A stretch of DNA of 64,000 nt from Lentisphaeria bacterium (GCA_032251435.1 JAVVEH010000024.1:1919-65918), one strand, 5' to 3'. Positions 1-10,065 are shown, counted from the first letter of the stretch. Program-made: numbers and translations. The notes: generated by a model not told the origin, from the sequence alone.

Positions 1-258
1 TTCCCGGTTTTCAAGAAGTTCTCCAAAGAAGACTGGCAATTTATCATTAAAGAAAACGAGAAAAAAGCCAATCTGATTGTTGGTGGGGGATACAAGACGC
101 CCCCGGTATTGCTTGAGCAACCACAGATTCTATATGGACAGATAACAACCTGCAAAGATCCCCATGAATTAATAGGGGTCCTCAGTGCGTTTCCTTTCTT
201 TCTTCTGGACTATTTTGGGTGGGAGACGTTAGAGGAAAAATTAGGGAGTGAATCATGA
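1..258 (+). CDS. 3' end of a hypothetical protein (start outside window)
   Basis: Frame 1 is open from base 1 (FPVFKKFSKEDWQF...LEEKLGSES) to TGA at 256-258; AT-rich; converges on the HEPN gene. Confidence 0.55.
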   Translation, partial: FPVFKKFSKEDWQFIIKENEKKANLIVGGGYKTPPVLLEQPQILYGQITTCKDPHELIGVLSAFPFFLLDYFGWETLEEKLGSES

Positions 259-295
259 AAAGTTGGAGTGAAAACTAAAATCTAAGCGTAAAAGT

Positions 296-1702
296 TTACT
301 CTCCCTCCGACCACGGCACGTTTTCAACCTGCCCGACCCGTCTTTGTTTCAGCCGATTGCCATATGTGCCAGAGTATCCACAGATTGCCAGGATACTCAT
401 TTCCAAATACCAAAGGCACAACTTCCAAGCCTCATAAAACAGGGAATTAAATTCTCCCTTTTTTTTGTGCTCAGGATGCATAAGCGAATTTCGAATTTCA
501 GTTAAAGCGTGAGGCGCATCAAGCCAATTGTTCTTTTTGGCATATGCCTTGGTTTCCGGGGTCGCAGTGGATATGTCCAAGGGGATTCCGACTGATGAAA
601 ATAGAATGCGGAGCTTATCTGATGCCCTCAGGTCTTTGAACCCCATTGCGGTAATCAGCCGTTTATCCTTGACAGCAAACTCAAAGGCCAACCTCTCTAA
701 GGCTGCTTGAGCAAGAATAATACCCCCATCAATCCCATTAGAGGAAGAATTGGCATTCATGTACCAGTAGATGACTTCACGAAACGCTTCTTGCCAATTA
801 AGGTCAGTCCATTTTTCCATGAACAAGGGAAAAGCCTGCGCAAGTTGTATTGGCGTATGCGGGTCAAACCATGAAGAGCGACTTCCAAGGGAGTGGTTGG
901 GTGAAGAAAATTGACTCCATACGCTTTGCTCTTTGCAATCGATTCCAACCGGACAAACTGGATTACACCAACTCCCCTTGGCAAAGGACAGGAAGAAGCG
1001 TAGTCCCAGCAAGAATGCGTCGGCTTCTTTAGCAGTGAAAGATTCGCCTTTCACCTTTTCAAATCCGAGGACATGAGTCAAAAATACCCCGCCCTTTTCT
1101 TTTATGTCTTTGAATGCCTGCGATGAAGAATGCAAAGAACGCAGTTCGGCTCTCCAAGATTTCCAACTTAGAGGTATGTGTTCAGTTGCACAAGTTCCCT
1201 TTTCGTGCGTTTCCACCGTACGTTGAACCCCGAACACTTGCCGAAAGTTGAAGAGATGGCAGACCAGACGGCTCACCTGAGTTGTTTCGTCTCCTATACC
1301 GGACACCGGTTCAGAACTAGGGCACCAGTTTAGGATAAGCTCCTCCCCGTCCGAACAGGAACCACCTGTGCCCGTCAAAAATCCCGGGACATCCACACCG
1401 TCCAACGTGAAAGCGTTTACGTCCATTTGCCCCAGCCCGATACCAATGGCACTTTTCAAGGGAATATCCCCGAGACAAATACACAAACGGATGCATGGTT
1501 TTGGGACAAGCTCTAGCTGGACATTCACTGGCCCCTCATAGGCGGTATTGTCGACAAGAACAGTCCCTCTGCCGGAGTGAATGCACACTGAAGGTTGATT
1601 TCCAGGGATTTGGATCATTGGCCGGAGCTCATCCATCAACGGGCCTGCCTGTAATGACTTTTCTTCTTTCACTCCTTTGGATGTAGTGCTATGCTGATTC
1701 AC
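296..1702 (-). CDS. HEPN-domain protein (ApeA/YopA-like architecture), putative defence RNase
   Basis: 468 aa; helical C-terminal region with ...QAALERLA...IRNSLMHP (R-x4-H HEPN motif); GTG start 6 nt after the RM gene stop, with a GGAGGT SD inside the RM gene end. Confidence 0.7.
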   Translation of the reverse strand: MNQHSTTSKGVKEEKSLQAGPLMDELRPMIQIPGNQPSVCIHSGRGTVLVDNTAYEGPVNVQLELVPKPCIRLCICLGDIPLKSAIGIGLGQMDVNAFTLDGVDVPGFLTGTGGSCSDGEELILNWCPSSEPVSGIGDETTQVSRLVCHLFNFRQVFGVQRTVETHEKGTCATEHIPLSWKSWRAELRSLHSSSQAFKDIKEKGGVFLTHVLGFEKVKGESFTAKEADAFLLGLRFFLSFAKGSWCNPVCPVGIDCKEQSVWSQFSSPNHSLGSRSSWFDPHTPIQLAQAFPLFMEKWTDLNWQEAFREVIYWYMNANSSSNGIDGGIILAQAALERLAFEFAVKDKRLITAMGFKDLRASDKLRILFSSVGIPLDISTATPETKAYAKKNNWLDAPHALTEIRNSLMHPEHKKKGEFNSLFYEAWKLCLWYLEMSILAICGYSGTYGNRLKQRRVGQVENVPWSEGE

Positions 1703-1708
1703 GGTTTC

Positions 1709-4700
1709 TCACACCTCCCCAAACGGATAATCAATCATGGCTTTTTCCATGTGGTCGGCCAGGGTTTGGCGTTCGGCGGGGGTGAGGTGGAAGAGGGCGT
1801 AGACGCGGTCGTTGATGGCGGTTTCAGTGTCGAACAGGCGGGTGGTGAGGGATTGGTGTTCGGACTGCCAGGTGGCGAGAGCCGCTTCCCAGTCGGCGCG
1901 TTCGGACAGGGGGATGTCGCTCTTGAAGGCTTTTTTGACTTCTTTGCGGAATCCGCGAAAATCCAAGTCCCACCAAGAATCGAGTTTCTGGTTGAGCTTG
2001 TGGGTGCCGTCGTCCAAATCGGTTTGTATGCGATGGCGGACTTTTTCATGTAGAGCATAGCGCTTGCGGGCGGTGGCGGTGGCTGCTTTTGCGAACTCCG
2101 CAAGGGCTTCCTGATCGGGTTCGGAAACATCGGGGATGGGGAGGCGTTCAAAAAATTGTTTGAAACATTGATACTGCCAAAGCCCGCCACGGAGGCGCAA
2201 TGGGGTGCACATTTGAGAAATTGTGAACCAGATAGGACGCGATTGAAGGACTGCCAACAGCCAAGGCTCCGGTTCTGAAATGACGTAATTCTTGTTATTC
2301 GAGTAAACACATGAATCGTCGAAACAGAACCTTGGAAGCTTAGCAATTTCAGGCCAGTAGATTTTCGGACTTTCGAAAAACGATGAGGCGCCAACAGCAA
2401 GCTCCCACCAGCATTCGCCCTGATTCTTTCTTTTTCTTGCTGGTTCTTCGAAGCTTTCCAAGTGCTTTGCCAAAGAAGAATGATTTTCACAAAGCCACTG
2501 CCAGCAATCCTGCTGACCGGTTTTTCCCGACCGAGCAGAGGTGAAGCCACTCGGCATGAAAATCAGCCAGCATTTAGGTCTTTTGTAGTACCAGGGGCGC
2601 ACGTCCTCCCCTCTCAGCATCGGTTTAATCATGTCTGCGCAACCGGGATCTTCCACGATCAGGCGGTCGCGGGTGCTCTGGTCGATGACGAAGGCTTCGT
2701 TGAGGCCAGTTTTAACGCCATAATAGATCCGCTTTCCTACTACTTTTCCCAGTGGTTTTCCAGCATTCATCAACCGGTTAAACAGCGCGGTGACGGGGGC
2801 GGGCTGGAAGCGCCATTCGGCCTGGCCGTAGACGGTGTCGTCACAGTCGATCCCCTCGCTGGCGACGGCTTCCGGGATCGATTCGGGAATCTTGCCGGAC
2901 ATGAAGTAGTAACGGAGTGACATTGTCACGTTTTCAGGGAGATCCGTTTCCCCCGGTCGATCTTGATTGGCCTGTCCATGCGCGCTGATTGTGTGCTCCG
3001 GCGATTCGACGTTGGACGTTGGACGTTGGATGTTGGACGTTCGCATTTTTCTGATAATCGAAATTGTCGGATAAACCATTTCCGCATCTTCGAACGGCTG
3101 GTTTTCGCCAAAATTGACGACGTGTGTGAAACGTCCCACGGTGGGCAGCCATTTGCGGAACGGTTTTGCGAACTTCGCATTATTAAAGCTGCCGGAGGTG
3201 ATGAACCCGAGCCGTCCATCGGGCTGGAGGATATCCAAGCCACGCTCGAAGAAGTAGAGATAGGCATCGGCCGTGCCGCTGTAGCAGGCGAATTCGCGCT
3301 GGAATCCGGGCTTGTAGGGGGCGAGCCACTCCTGCCGGATGTAGGGCGGATTGCCGATGACAACGTCAAATCCGCCGGAAGCGGATTGACGAGTGTCGAG
3401 TGCGGGTGACGAGTGCGAGGGGGAAGAGGTGACGAGCCTGTCCTCAGTAGCTTCAGCGAAGGAGCATGCGGCCGGAAATCCGAGGTCTGAGGTCGGGGAT
3501 CTGGAGCAGCCGGACCCCGGCGTACTCTTATGGGAACAACCAAAAACCTGTGGGAATTCGGCGTGCCAGTCGAAGGCGCGGTCTGCGAGGTCCGCAGGGA
3601 CATCAGGATGGGGTGTTGTTAACGAGTTGCCGCATTTAATGTTGCCGTCCAGATCGTTGAGGGGCCGGTCGGCCCGGGCAGTTTTCAGCCACAGAGCCAA
3701 CTTGGTGATTTCGACCGATTCGGGATTGAGATCAACCCCGTAGAGATTCTGCTGGAGGATCAGTTTGTCCAGATCGAACAATTCCGGCTGTCCGCCGCGC
3801 AGCTCGGTCAGGGTGTCGTTGACCCGGGTATATTCGGCATGGAGAAAGTCGAAAGCGGCAATAAGAAAGGCACCCGACCCGCAAGCCGGATCGACAATTT
3901 TGATACCCCGCAAGACATTCTGATAGGCTTCCCAGAGGGCGATGGCGGCGGTTTGTTTTTTGTGATGGTGACTGTCCGGAATGCTGTCGGGATCGTGTTT
4001 GGCGTTGAGGGCGGCAAATTGCTTCTCCAGCCAGGCACCGACGGTGTTTTCAACAATATAGCGGGTGATGTATTCGGGCGTGTAGAAGACCCCTTCCTGC
4101 TTGCGCTTCGACTGCCGTTTGTCCACCGCCTGACCAAGGATCTCGGCCCGCATCGCTTCCAGGTCGCTGATCGACTGCTCGAAGATATGCCCGAGAATAT
4201 TGACATTCACCTCGGTATGGAAATCATAGTCGGACAGGTTCAGACAGTCATTCAGGGCCTCATCCGGCACCGTGAGCGCATCCAGCCGGTCATCCCTGCG
4301 GAACAGACCGCCATTGTAGCCGGGAATGCCCATCGGCGGATTGCCCTGGTCGACGGCGCGGAACAAGCCGCACAACTGCTGCCAGCGGGTGGTGGTGACA
4401 AAGCCGGTACCTGCCGCTTCGAAGGCCCGGTGAATGATGTTGTGGGGCAGCAGGCCGGTATCTTCACAGAAACAGATAAAGAGGATCCGGTCGAGTATCT
4501 TCTGGGCAGCTGACAGCAATGCCACCTGCGAGGCAGTGTCTTCCTGCCGAAGACCGACTTCAGTCGGCTTTTCCGGATTGGCTTCGACCAGTTGCTGAAA
4601 CAGGTTCAACCGCAGATTGCTGAAAAAGGCGTAAAACCGCCGGGTGATGGCCTTTTCCTCGGTGGAGGTCTTGGCCAGCAGTTCATCGACAACGCTGTTC

Positions 4701-5308
4701 GCAGGGGGCGGGGCAATCAGCCGGTCGGCATGCAGAAGAAGCAGGAACTGCCGGAGAACTGTTTTGTCCTCCAGGTCCTTGATTTGGTACTCATGCATGT
4801 AGCCCTGGCCGCGTTTCTTGCTGTACAGGCGGATGACCATGAAATTCGAGACAATCACCCAGCGGCAGTCGTCGAATTTACCCAGATAGCCGAAGGCCTG
4901 ATCCACGGGGGTGATGTTGCCGTAGCTGCTCTGTTTGGCATCCAGATCGGCGCCGGGGGCTTTCAATTCGATCACGGCACGGGTGAAATCCGTGTCAGAA
5001 CCATAATATCCGAGACGGGCATCCGGGGTTCTGCCACCGCCTGTTTCCCGGGAGGCCGTTTCCATTTTGATGGTATGGGAATCCAGATTGCCGGCCGGCA
5101 GTTTGTATCCCAGCAGCCCGGCAAAAAAATCGATGAGAAACTGAGCCTGGGTGGAACGTTCGGTTTCCTTCAGAAAAAGCGGATCCCGGCAGGTCTGGGC
5201 CCACCGCTTGACAATCGCCCGTTCATGAGATCCCATCGACAGTTCAAACCCCGAACAGCGAGAAGCCAGAAGGTTGGGATTGAAAAGATTTTTAGTGGGT
5301 ATTGCCAT
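1709..5308 (-). CDS. Type IIG restriction-modification enzyme (Eco57I/TaqI-like fused REase, N6-adenine MTase and TRD)
   Basis: N-terminal PD...ELK nuclease motif (PDARLG...VIELK), FYTPEYI, motif I DPACGSGAF, motif IV GNPPY, C-terminal TaqI_C-like TRD (KTGLNEAF, WWEL, PKIYW). Confidence 0.92.
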   Translation of the reverse strand: MAIPTKNLFNPNLLASRCSGFELSMGSHERAIVKRWAQTCRDPLFLKETERSTQAQFLIDFFAGLLGYKLPAGNLDSHTIKMETASRETGGGRTPDARLGYYGSDTDFTRAVIELKAPGADLDAKQSSYGNITPVDQAFGYLGKFDDCRWVIVSNFMVIRLYSKKRGQGYMHEYQIKDLEDKTVLRQFLLLLHADRLIAPPPANSVVDELLAKTSTEEKAITRRFYAFFSNLRLNLFQQLVEANPEKPTEVGLRQEDTASQVALLSAAQKILDRILFICFCEDTGLLPHNIIHRAFEAAGTGFVTTTRWQQLCGLFRAVDQGNPPMGIPGYNGGLFRRDDRLDALTVPDEALNDCLNLSDYDFHTEVNVNILGHIFEQSISDLEAMRAEILGQAVDKRQSKRKQEGVFYTPEYITRYIVENTVGAWLEKQFAALNAKHDPDSIPDSHHHKKQTAAIALWEAYQNVLRGIKIVDPACGSGAFLIAAFDFLHAEYTRVNDTLTELRGGQPELFDLDKLILQQNLYGVDLNPESVEITKLALWLKTARADRPLNDLDGNIKCGNSLTTPHPDVPADLADRAFDWHAEFPQVFGCSHKSTPGSGCSRSPTSDLGFPAACSFAEATEDRLVTSSPSHSSPALDTRQSASGGFDVVIGNPPYIRQEWLAPYKPGFQREFACYSGTADAYLYFFERGLDILQPDGRLGFITSGSFNNAKFAKPFRKWLPTVGRFTHVVNFGENQPFEDAEMVYPTISIIRKMRTSNIQRPTSNVESPEHTISAHGQANQDRPGETDLPENVTMSLRYYFMSGKIPESIPEAVASEGIDCDDTVYGQAEWRFQPAPVTALFNRLMNAGKPLGKVVGKRIYYGVKTGLNEAFVIDQSTRDRLIVEDPGCADMIKPMLRGEDVRPWYYKRPKCWLIFMPSGFTSARSGKTGQQDCWQWLCENHSSLAKHLESFEEPARKRKNQGECWWELAVGASSFFESPKIYWPEIAKLPRFCFDDSCVYSNNKNYVISEPEPWLLAVLQSRPIWFTISQMCTPLRLRGGLWQYQCFKQFFERLPIPDVSEPDQEALAEFAKAATATARKRYALHEKVRHRIQTDLDDGTHKLNQKLDSWWDLDFRGFRKEVKKAFKSDIPLSERADWEAALATWQSEHQSLTTRLFDTETAINDRVYALFHLTPAERQTLADHMEKAMIDYPFGEV
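3008..3042. repeat. Heptamer tandem repeat (GACGTTG)x5 inside the IIG gene
   Basis: GACGTTG GACGTTG GACGTTG GATGTTG GACGTTC; read in frame as RTSNIQRPTSNVE. Confidence 0.9.
3377..3541. repeat. In-frame 165-nt mosaic of heptamer repeats and a small hairpin element inside the IIG MTase domain
   Basis: Lies between FPQVF and GGFDVVIGNPPY: TGACGAG/TGTCGAG units (3387-3436), CCTGTCCTCAGTAGCTTCAGCGAAGGA (3437-3463), TCCGAGG/TCTGAGG/TCGGGGA/TCTGGAG (3479-3506). Confidence 0.75.
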
Positions 5309-5638
5309 TGATTTCCCGTTTCACCGTCGTTGGTTTCCGTAAAACATTTCCAATGCTTAAGATAGATTCCCGGATGATCCGATGCAACAACAGAAGGCAA
5401 AGAAGAAAATAAGTTTTTCGCGACACGCAAGCGCGGGCTATTTTAGGGCCTCTGCCCCCGACTCCGGCCGCTTTGCCTAAGTTTTGTGTCGCCCTTGTTT
5501 ACATTTCCCCTCCTCCCAATTTGGACAATCCAGTATTTAATTCATGGGCGCTATTGTTCCCCGCCACTGGCCTGTTATATTAATGACTTTTTAAATACTT
5601 TGTCACGATGACTTCATGAACAACAACAGGATTTACCA

Positions 5639-8125
5639 ATGCGGATAGTGACTTTGGACGGGATATGGGATCTCATGGATGGGCAAGGCGACTTTTCGCT
5701 TGCCGCCCAAGTGCCGGGAGATGTGACCGCCGACCTCTTGAACGCGGGAAAGATTCCTGATCCTTTCTACCGCGAAAACGAGGTGGACATCCAGTGGATT
5801 GGCGAACGGGACTGGATCTACGAACGCGCCTTTGATGTGTCCGAAACTCTGTTGACGGAGGAGCGTGTTTTGCTGCAGTGCGACGGTCTGGACACATTGG
5901 CCACTGTCGAGATTAACGGCCGGGAAGTCGGCACCGGCGACAATATGCACCGCGCGTATGAATGGGATGTGAAAGCCATGTTGCGCCCGGGCGCCAACAC
6001 CATCCGCGTCACGTTCGCCTCCGCCAATGTTTATACGCGCGAACGCCATGAGCAACGTCCGTTCCGGGCGCGCGTCGGGGAGAGTCATCCTTCCGCCTAT
6101 CCCGGCTGGATACGGAAAGAAGCCAGTAATTTCGGTTGGGACTGGGGGCCCATCCTGGTCACGGCGGGTATCTGGCGCGGGATCCGGCTGGCGGCGTTCT
6201 CAACCGCCCGGATTGGGGATATTCGCATTGACCAAGAGCATAGCGGCGGCGGCGTGACACTGAACGTGTTCACAACCGTTGACGCGGCGGGCGGCGACGC
6301 TCTGACCGCGCGTGTCACGGCCTTGTTCAAAGGAAAAACAGTAGACTCAAAAGACATCCTGACGACGGATTCAGACACCCTGTCCCTGACAATCCCGAAC
6401 CCCAGCCTCTGGTGGCCGGCCGGCATGGGCGGACAACCTCTCTATGATGTGCGCGTCGAGTTGCTTTCCGGCGATGGCGAGGTGGTCGACAGTCAAACCA
6501 AACGCGTCGGCCTGCGGACGCTGGTCTTGGACCGGCATGACGATGAGTGGGGGGAATCATTCCAGTTCGTGGTCAACGGCGTGCCCTTCTTCGCCAAGGG
6601 TGCGAATTGGATTCCGGCCGACGCGATTCTCGCGCGCCGCACCCCTCAACTCTATCGCCAACTGATCGAAGACGCCGCGGCCGCCAACATGAATATGCTG
6701 CGTGTCTGGGGCGGCGGCATTTATGAGGAAGATTATTTCTATGACATCTGTGACGAACTGGGCATCTGCGTCTGGCAGGATTTCATGTTCGCTTGCATGA
6801 GTTATCCCACCTTTGATGACGCCTTCATGAAAACGGTCGAAGCCGAGGCGCGCGACAATGTGAAGCGGTTGCGGCATCATCCCAGCATCGCTCTCTGGTG
6901 CGGAAACAACGAACTTGAACAGCAGGCTATCGGCGAAACCTGGACGCTGACCCGCATGAGCCTTGAAGATTACAAACGCCTGTTCGATGACCTGCTGGCC
7001 GATGTGGCCCGTGAACTGGACCCCCAACGCGACTACTGGCCCTCCAGCCCCCACTCCCCAAGGGGGGAACGGACGAATTACAACAATCCCGATTGCGGCG
7101 ACGCCCATTTATGGGATGTCTGGCACGGCAAAAAACCCTTCGAGTGGTACCGTACCGCCCATCATCGTTTCTGTAGTGAATTCGGGTTCCAATCGTTCCC
7201 GGAACCAAAAACTGTCCGCGGGTACACTGAACCCCGGGACCGTAACGTGACAACCGCGGTCATGGAACATCACCAGCGCTCCGGCATCGGCAACACCACG
7301 ATCATGCAATACATGCTGGACTGGTTCAGAATGCCGACCGCCTTTGACATGACGTTGCGGGCGTCGCAAATTCTGCAAGGCATGGCGATCACCTACGCGG
7401 TCGAGCACTGGCGCCGCGGCATGCCCCGCTCGATGGGAGCGCTCTACTGGCAGCATAACGACTGCTGGCCGGTGGCCAGTTGGGCGTCGATTGATTATCA
7501 TGGACGCTGGAAGGCCCTGCACTATATGGCCCGGCACTTTTTCGCGCCACTGCTGGTCAGCGGTGTGGAAGACCTGAAAAACCATACTGTCGATGTTCAT
7601 GTCACCAGTGACCTCCAGAAATCCCTGCCGGCGACGCTGACGTGGGTCGCGACGGATGTGGCTGGCGGGGTCTTGGACTCTGGAGAAACACGCGTGCGAA
7701 CCCCGGTCAACGGCAATCTTCGGGCGCTGACCATCGACTTAAAAAAAGTGGTCAAACAAGCGGGCAAGCGGAATGTCATGGTCTGGCTGGAACTCTCAGC
7801 CGAAGGGCGGGAAAGATGTGTCAGTCTGGTCACCTTCGTCAAACCGAAACATTTGGAACTGGCCACTGACCCCGGTGTCTCGATGAGCGTGACCGAAACA
7901 GGTGAGGCTTTCCGAGTCACGTTGAAAACTAAGCGGCCGGCTCTCTGGGCCTGGCTGGAACTGGACAATTTGGAGGCCCGTTTTTCTGATAATTATCTGC
8001 ATCTGCGCCCGGCGCGGACGGTCACAATTGATGTCACCCCCGGCCAGCCGGTGACCCTTGACGAGGTAAAGGAAAAAATCAGTGTCCATAGCCTCGTTGA
8101 CACCTATCGCACGGACGGCAGGTGA
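5639..8125 (+). CDS. Beta-mannosidase, glycoside hydrolase family 2
   Basis: FGWDWGP, KGANWIPAD, NMLRVWGGGIYE, WCGNNE (acid/base), FCSEFGFQS (nucleophile), WQHNDCWP. Confidence 0.92.
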   Translation: MRIVTLDGIWDLMDGQGDFSLAAQVPGDVTADLLNAGKIPDPFYRENEVDIQWIGERDWIYERAFDVSETLLTEERVLLQCDGLDTLATVEINGREVGTGDNMHRAYEWDVKAMLRPGANTIRVTFASANVYTRERHEQRPFRARVGESHPSAYPGWIRKEASNFGWDWGPILVTAGIWRGIRLAAFSTARIGDIRIDQEHSGGGVTLNVFTTVDAAGGDALTARVTALFKGKTVDSKDILTTDSDTLSLTIPNPSLWWPAGMGGQPLYDVRVELLSGDGEVVDSQTKRVGLRTLVLDRHDDEWGESFQFVVNGVPFFAKGANWIPADAILARRTPQLYRQLIEDAAAANMNMLRVWGGGIYEEDYFYDICDELGICVWQDFMFACMSYPTFDDAFMKTVEAEARDNVKRLRHHPSIALWCGNNELEQQAIGETWTLTRMSLEDYKRLFDDLLADVARELDPQRDYWPSSPHSPRGERTNYNNPDCGDAHLWDVWHGKKPFEWYRTAHHRFCSEFGFQSFPEPKTVRGYTEPRDRNVTTAVMEHHQRSGIGNTTIMQYMLDWFRMPTAFDMTLRASQILQGMAITYAVEHWRRGMPRSMGALYWQHNDCWPVASWASIDYHGRWKALHYMARHFFAPLLVSGVEDLKNHTVDVHVTSDLQKSLPATLTWVATDVAGGVLDSGETRVRTPVNGNLRALTIDLKKVVKQAGKRNVMVWLELSAEGRERCVSLVTFVKPKHLELATDPGVSMSVTETGEAFRVTLKTKRPALWAWLELDNLEARFSDNYLHLRPARTVTIDVTPGQPVTLDEVKEKISVHSLVDTYRTDGR

Positions 8126-8193
8126 CGGAACCGACGGCCCTCCGGATCGGGAAAACACGTGTTGGTCATCGAAAGCGAACAAGGACATATCAA

Positions 8194-9381
8194 ATGAATA
8201 TACTGATTGCCGACAAAGTGTCGCCTAAAATGATCGCTGACCTCCAGGGGCTGGGGGCGGATGTCGTTTCCATGCCGGACATTAAGCCGGATGAGCTTCC
8301 GGGCGTGATCGGCAACGCCAAAGTCCTCATTGTCCGATCAAAAAAGGTGACAGCCGACACCATCCACGCCGGTCATAATCTCAGTTTAATTGTGCGTGCC
8401 GGCGCGGGCGTGAACACCATCGACTTGGATGCCGCTTCCCGGAGCGGAACCTATGTGGCCAATTGTCCCGGCAAGAACACCGACGCGGTGGCGGAACTGG
8501 TCATCGGCCTGATGATCGCCTGTGACCGCGGCATCGTGGACGCCACACTGGCTCTACGCCAAGGGGCTTGGGAGAAAAAGAGATTTGGGGCGGGCGCCGG
8601 TTTGAAAGGGCGCACGTTGGGAATCATCGGAACCGGCGCCATTGGCATGGCTGTGGCGCGCCGCGCCCAAGGACTGGACATGAATATCATCGCCTGGTCC
8701 CGCAGCCTGACGCCGGAAACCGCCAAGTCCCTTGATATGGAATTCGCCGCCACCCCCCTGGATGTGGCCGTCAAGGCGGATGTGGTCAGCGTCCATGTGG
8801 CCGCCGCCCCTGAAACCAAGGGCATGATCAATGAGACGTTCTTCGCCGCGATGAAAGAGGGCGCTATTTTTATCAACGCCTCCCGTGGCGACATTGTCGA
8901 TCACGACGCCTTGCTCGTGGCGATTGACCGCAAAGGCGTCAAAGCCGGCTTGGATGTCTTCGCCGGTGAGCCGAGCGGCGGGCAAGCGGCATTCGATCAG
9001 ACGGAACTGGCGGGCAAGGTGGTCTGCACGCCCCATATCGGGGCCTCCACCGCCCAAGCTGAAGAGGCCATCGCGGCGGAAGCCGTCCGGGTGGTGAAAG
9101 AGTTCACCCGCACGGGTTCTCCCCCCAATGTGGTCAACGTCCGCACCGCGCCGGGCGCCGGAGCGACGCTGGTTGTCCGCCATTACAACCGGGTGGGTGT
9201 CCTCGCGGGGGTCTTGAACCTCCTGCGTGATGAAGGCATCAACATTGAGGAAATGCAGAACCTTATCTTCGCGCACAGCGAGGCCGCGTCCTGCACGATC
9301 ATGGTCGACCGGAAGCCCACCTCCCGGCTTGTCGCTCAGATTGAGCAATCAAACGACATCATCGAAGTCGTGGCGGAATAA
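8194..9381 (+). CDS. serA: D-3-phosphoglycerate dehydrogenase-like 2-hydroxyacid dehydrogenase with C-terminal ACT domain
   Basis: MNILIADK start after an AAGGA SD; RAGAGVNTID, GTGAIG, INASRG, TPHIGAST; ACT-like tail (HYNRVGVLA). Confidence 0.75.
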   Translation: MNILIADKVSPKMIADLQGLGADVVSMPDIKPDELPGVIGNAKVLIVRSKKVTADTIHAGHNLSLIVRAGAGVNTIDLDAASRSGTYVANCPGKNTDAVAELVIGLMIACDRGIVDATLALRQGAWEKKRFGAGAGLKGRTLGIIGTGAIGMAVARRAQGLDMNIIAWSRSLTPETAKSLDMEFAATPLDVAVKADVVSVHVAAAPETKGMINETFFAAMKEGAIFINASRGDIVDHDALLVAIDRKGVKAGLDVFAGEPSGGQAAFDQTELAGKVVCTPHIGASTAQAEEAIAAEAVRVVKEFTRTGSPPNVVNVRTAPGAGATLVVRHYNRVGVLAGVLNLLRDEGINIEEMQNLIFAHSEAASCTIMVDRKPTSRLVAQIEQSNDIIEVVAE

Positions 9382-9393
9382 GAGTCGTGATTC

Positions 9394-9984
9394 ATGCATT
9401 CATTTCTTAGCTTGTGGATCAAACTTTTTTTTGTCCTGACCCCGTTCTTCGCATTGAGCATGTTTCTCACCCTGACCGAAGGATATGATGAAGCGCGGCG
9501 GCGGCGGGTCGCCTTGATGTCCTCCGCCGCGGTTCTGGTCTTGTGTCTTGTGCTCTTTTTTCTAGGCCGGCAGATCTTTTTCCTTTTCGGGATAACGGTC
9601 GACGCTTTCCGTATTGGCGCCGGGGTCTTGCTCCTATTGAATGGCATCGGGCTGGTGCAAGGAAAGACCGCGGCGCCCGGATTGACCAGCGACAGCGAGC
9701 TGGCTGTCGTGCCTCTGGGCATGCCGATTATCGTGGGCCCGGCCACGACCGGCACACTCCTGGTTTTGGGAGCGGAGCTGTCATCTCTGTCGGAAAAAGT
9801 TTTAGGCAGCTTAGCCGTGTCCGCCGCCGTGGCAAGTATCGGAGCCGTTCTCTTTACCGGTTCGATCATTCAGCGGCACGTCGGCCGCCGGGGGCTTTCC
9901 ATTCTCAGCAAGCTGACCGGTTTGATTCTCTCCGCCCTGGCCGCCCAGATGATCATGACGGGTGTCCAGGCGTTCTTGGCCTGA
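9394..9984 (+). CDS. MarC family integral membrane protein
   Basis: FGITVDAFRIGAG, VVPLGMPIIVGPA, KLTGLILSALA; about six hydrophobic segments. Confidence 0.9.
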   Translation: MHSFLSLWIKLFFVLTPFFALSMFLTLTEGYDEARRRRVALMSSAAVLVLCLVLFFLGRQIFFLFGITVDAFRIGAGVLLLLNGIGLVQGKTAAPGLTSDSELAVVPLGMPIIVGPATTGTLLVLGAELSSLSEKVLGSLAVSAAVASIGAVLFTGSIIQRHVGRRGLSILSKLTGLILSALAAQMIMTGVQAFLA

Positions 9985-10065
9985 GAGACAGCGTGACATC
10001 TTCTCACAAACAAGTCCTTCACATCCTAACGATGCATGTCAATCGCCGAAAAAAAGGAAATCCAC

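Noticed and set aside
3377..3541. Intein in the IIG MTase (insert begins near a Cys)
   Set aside because: Only 55 aa, with no terminal His-Asn and no block B motif; the DNA is made of short repeats.
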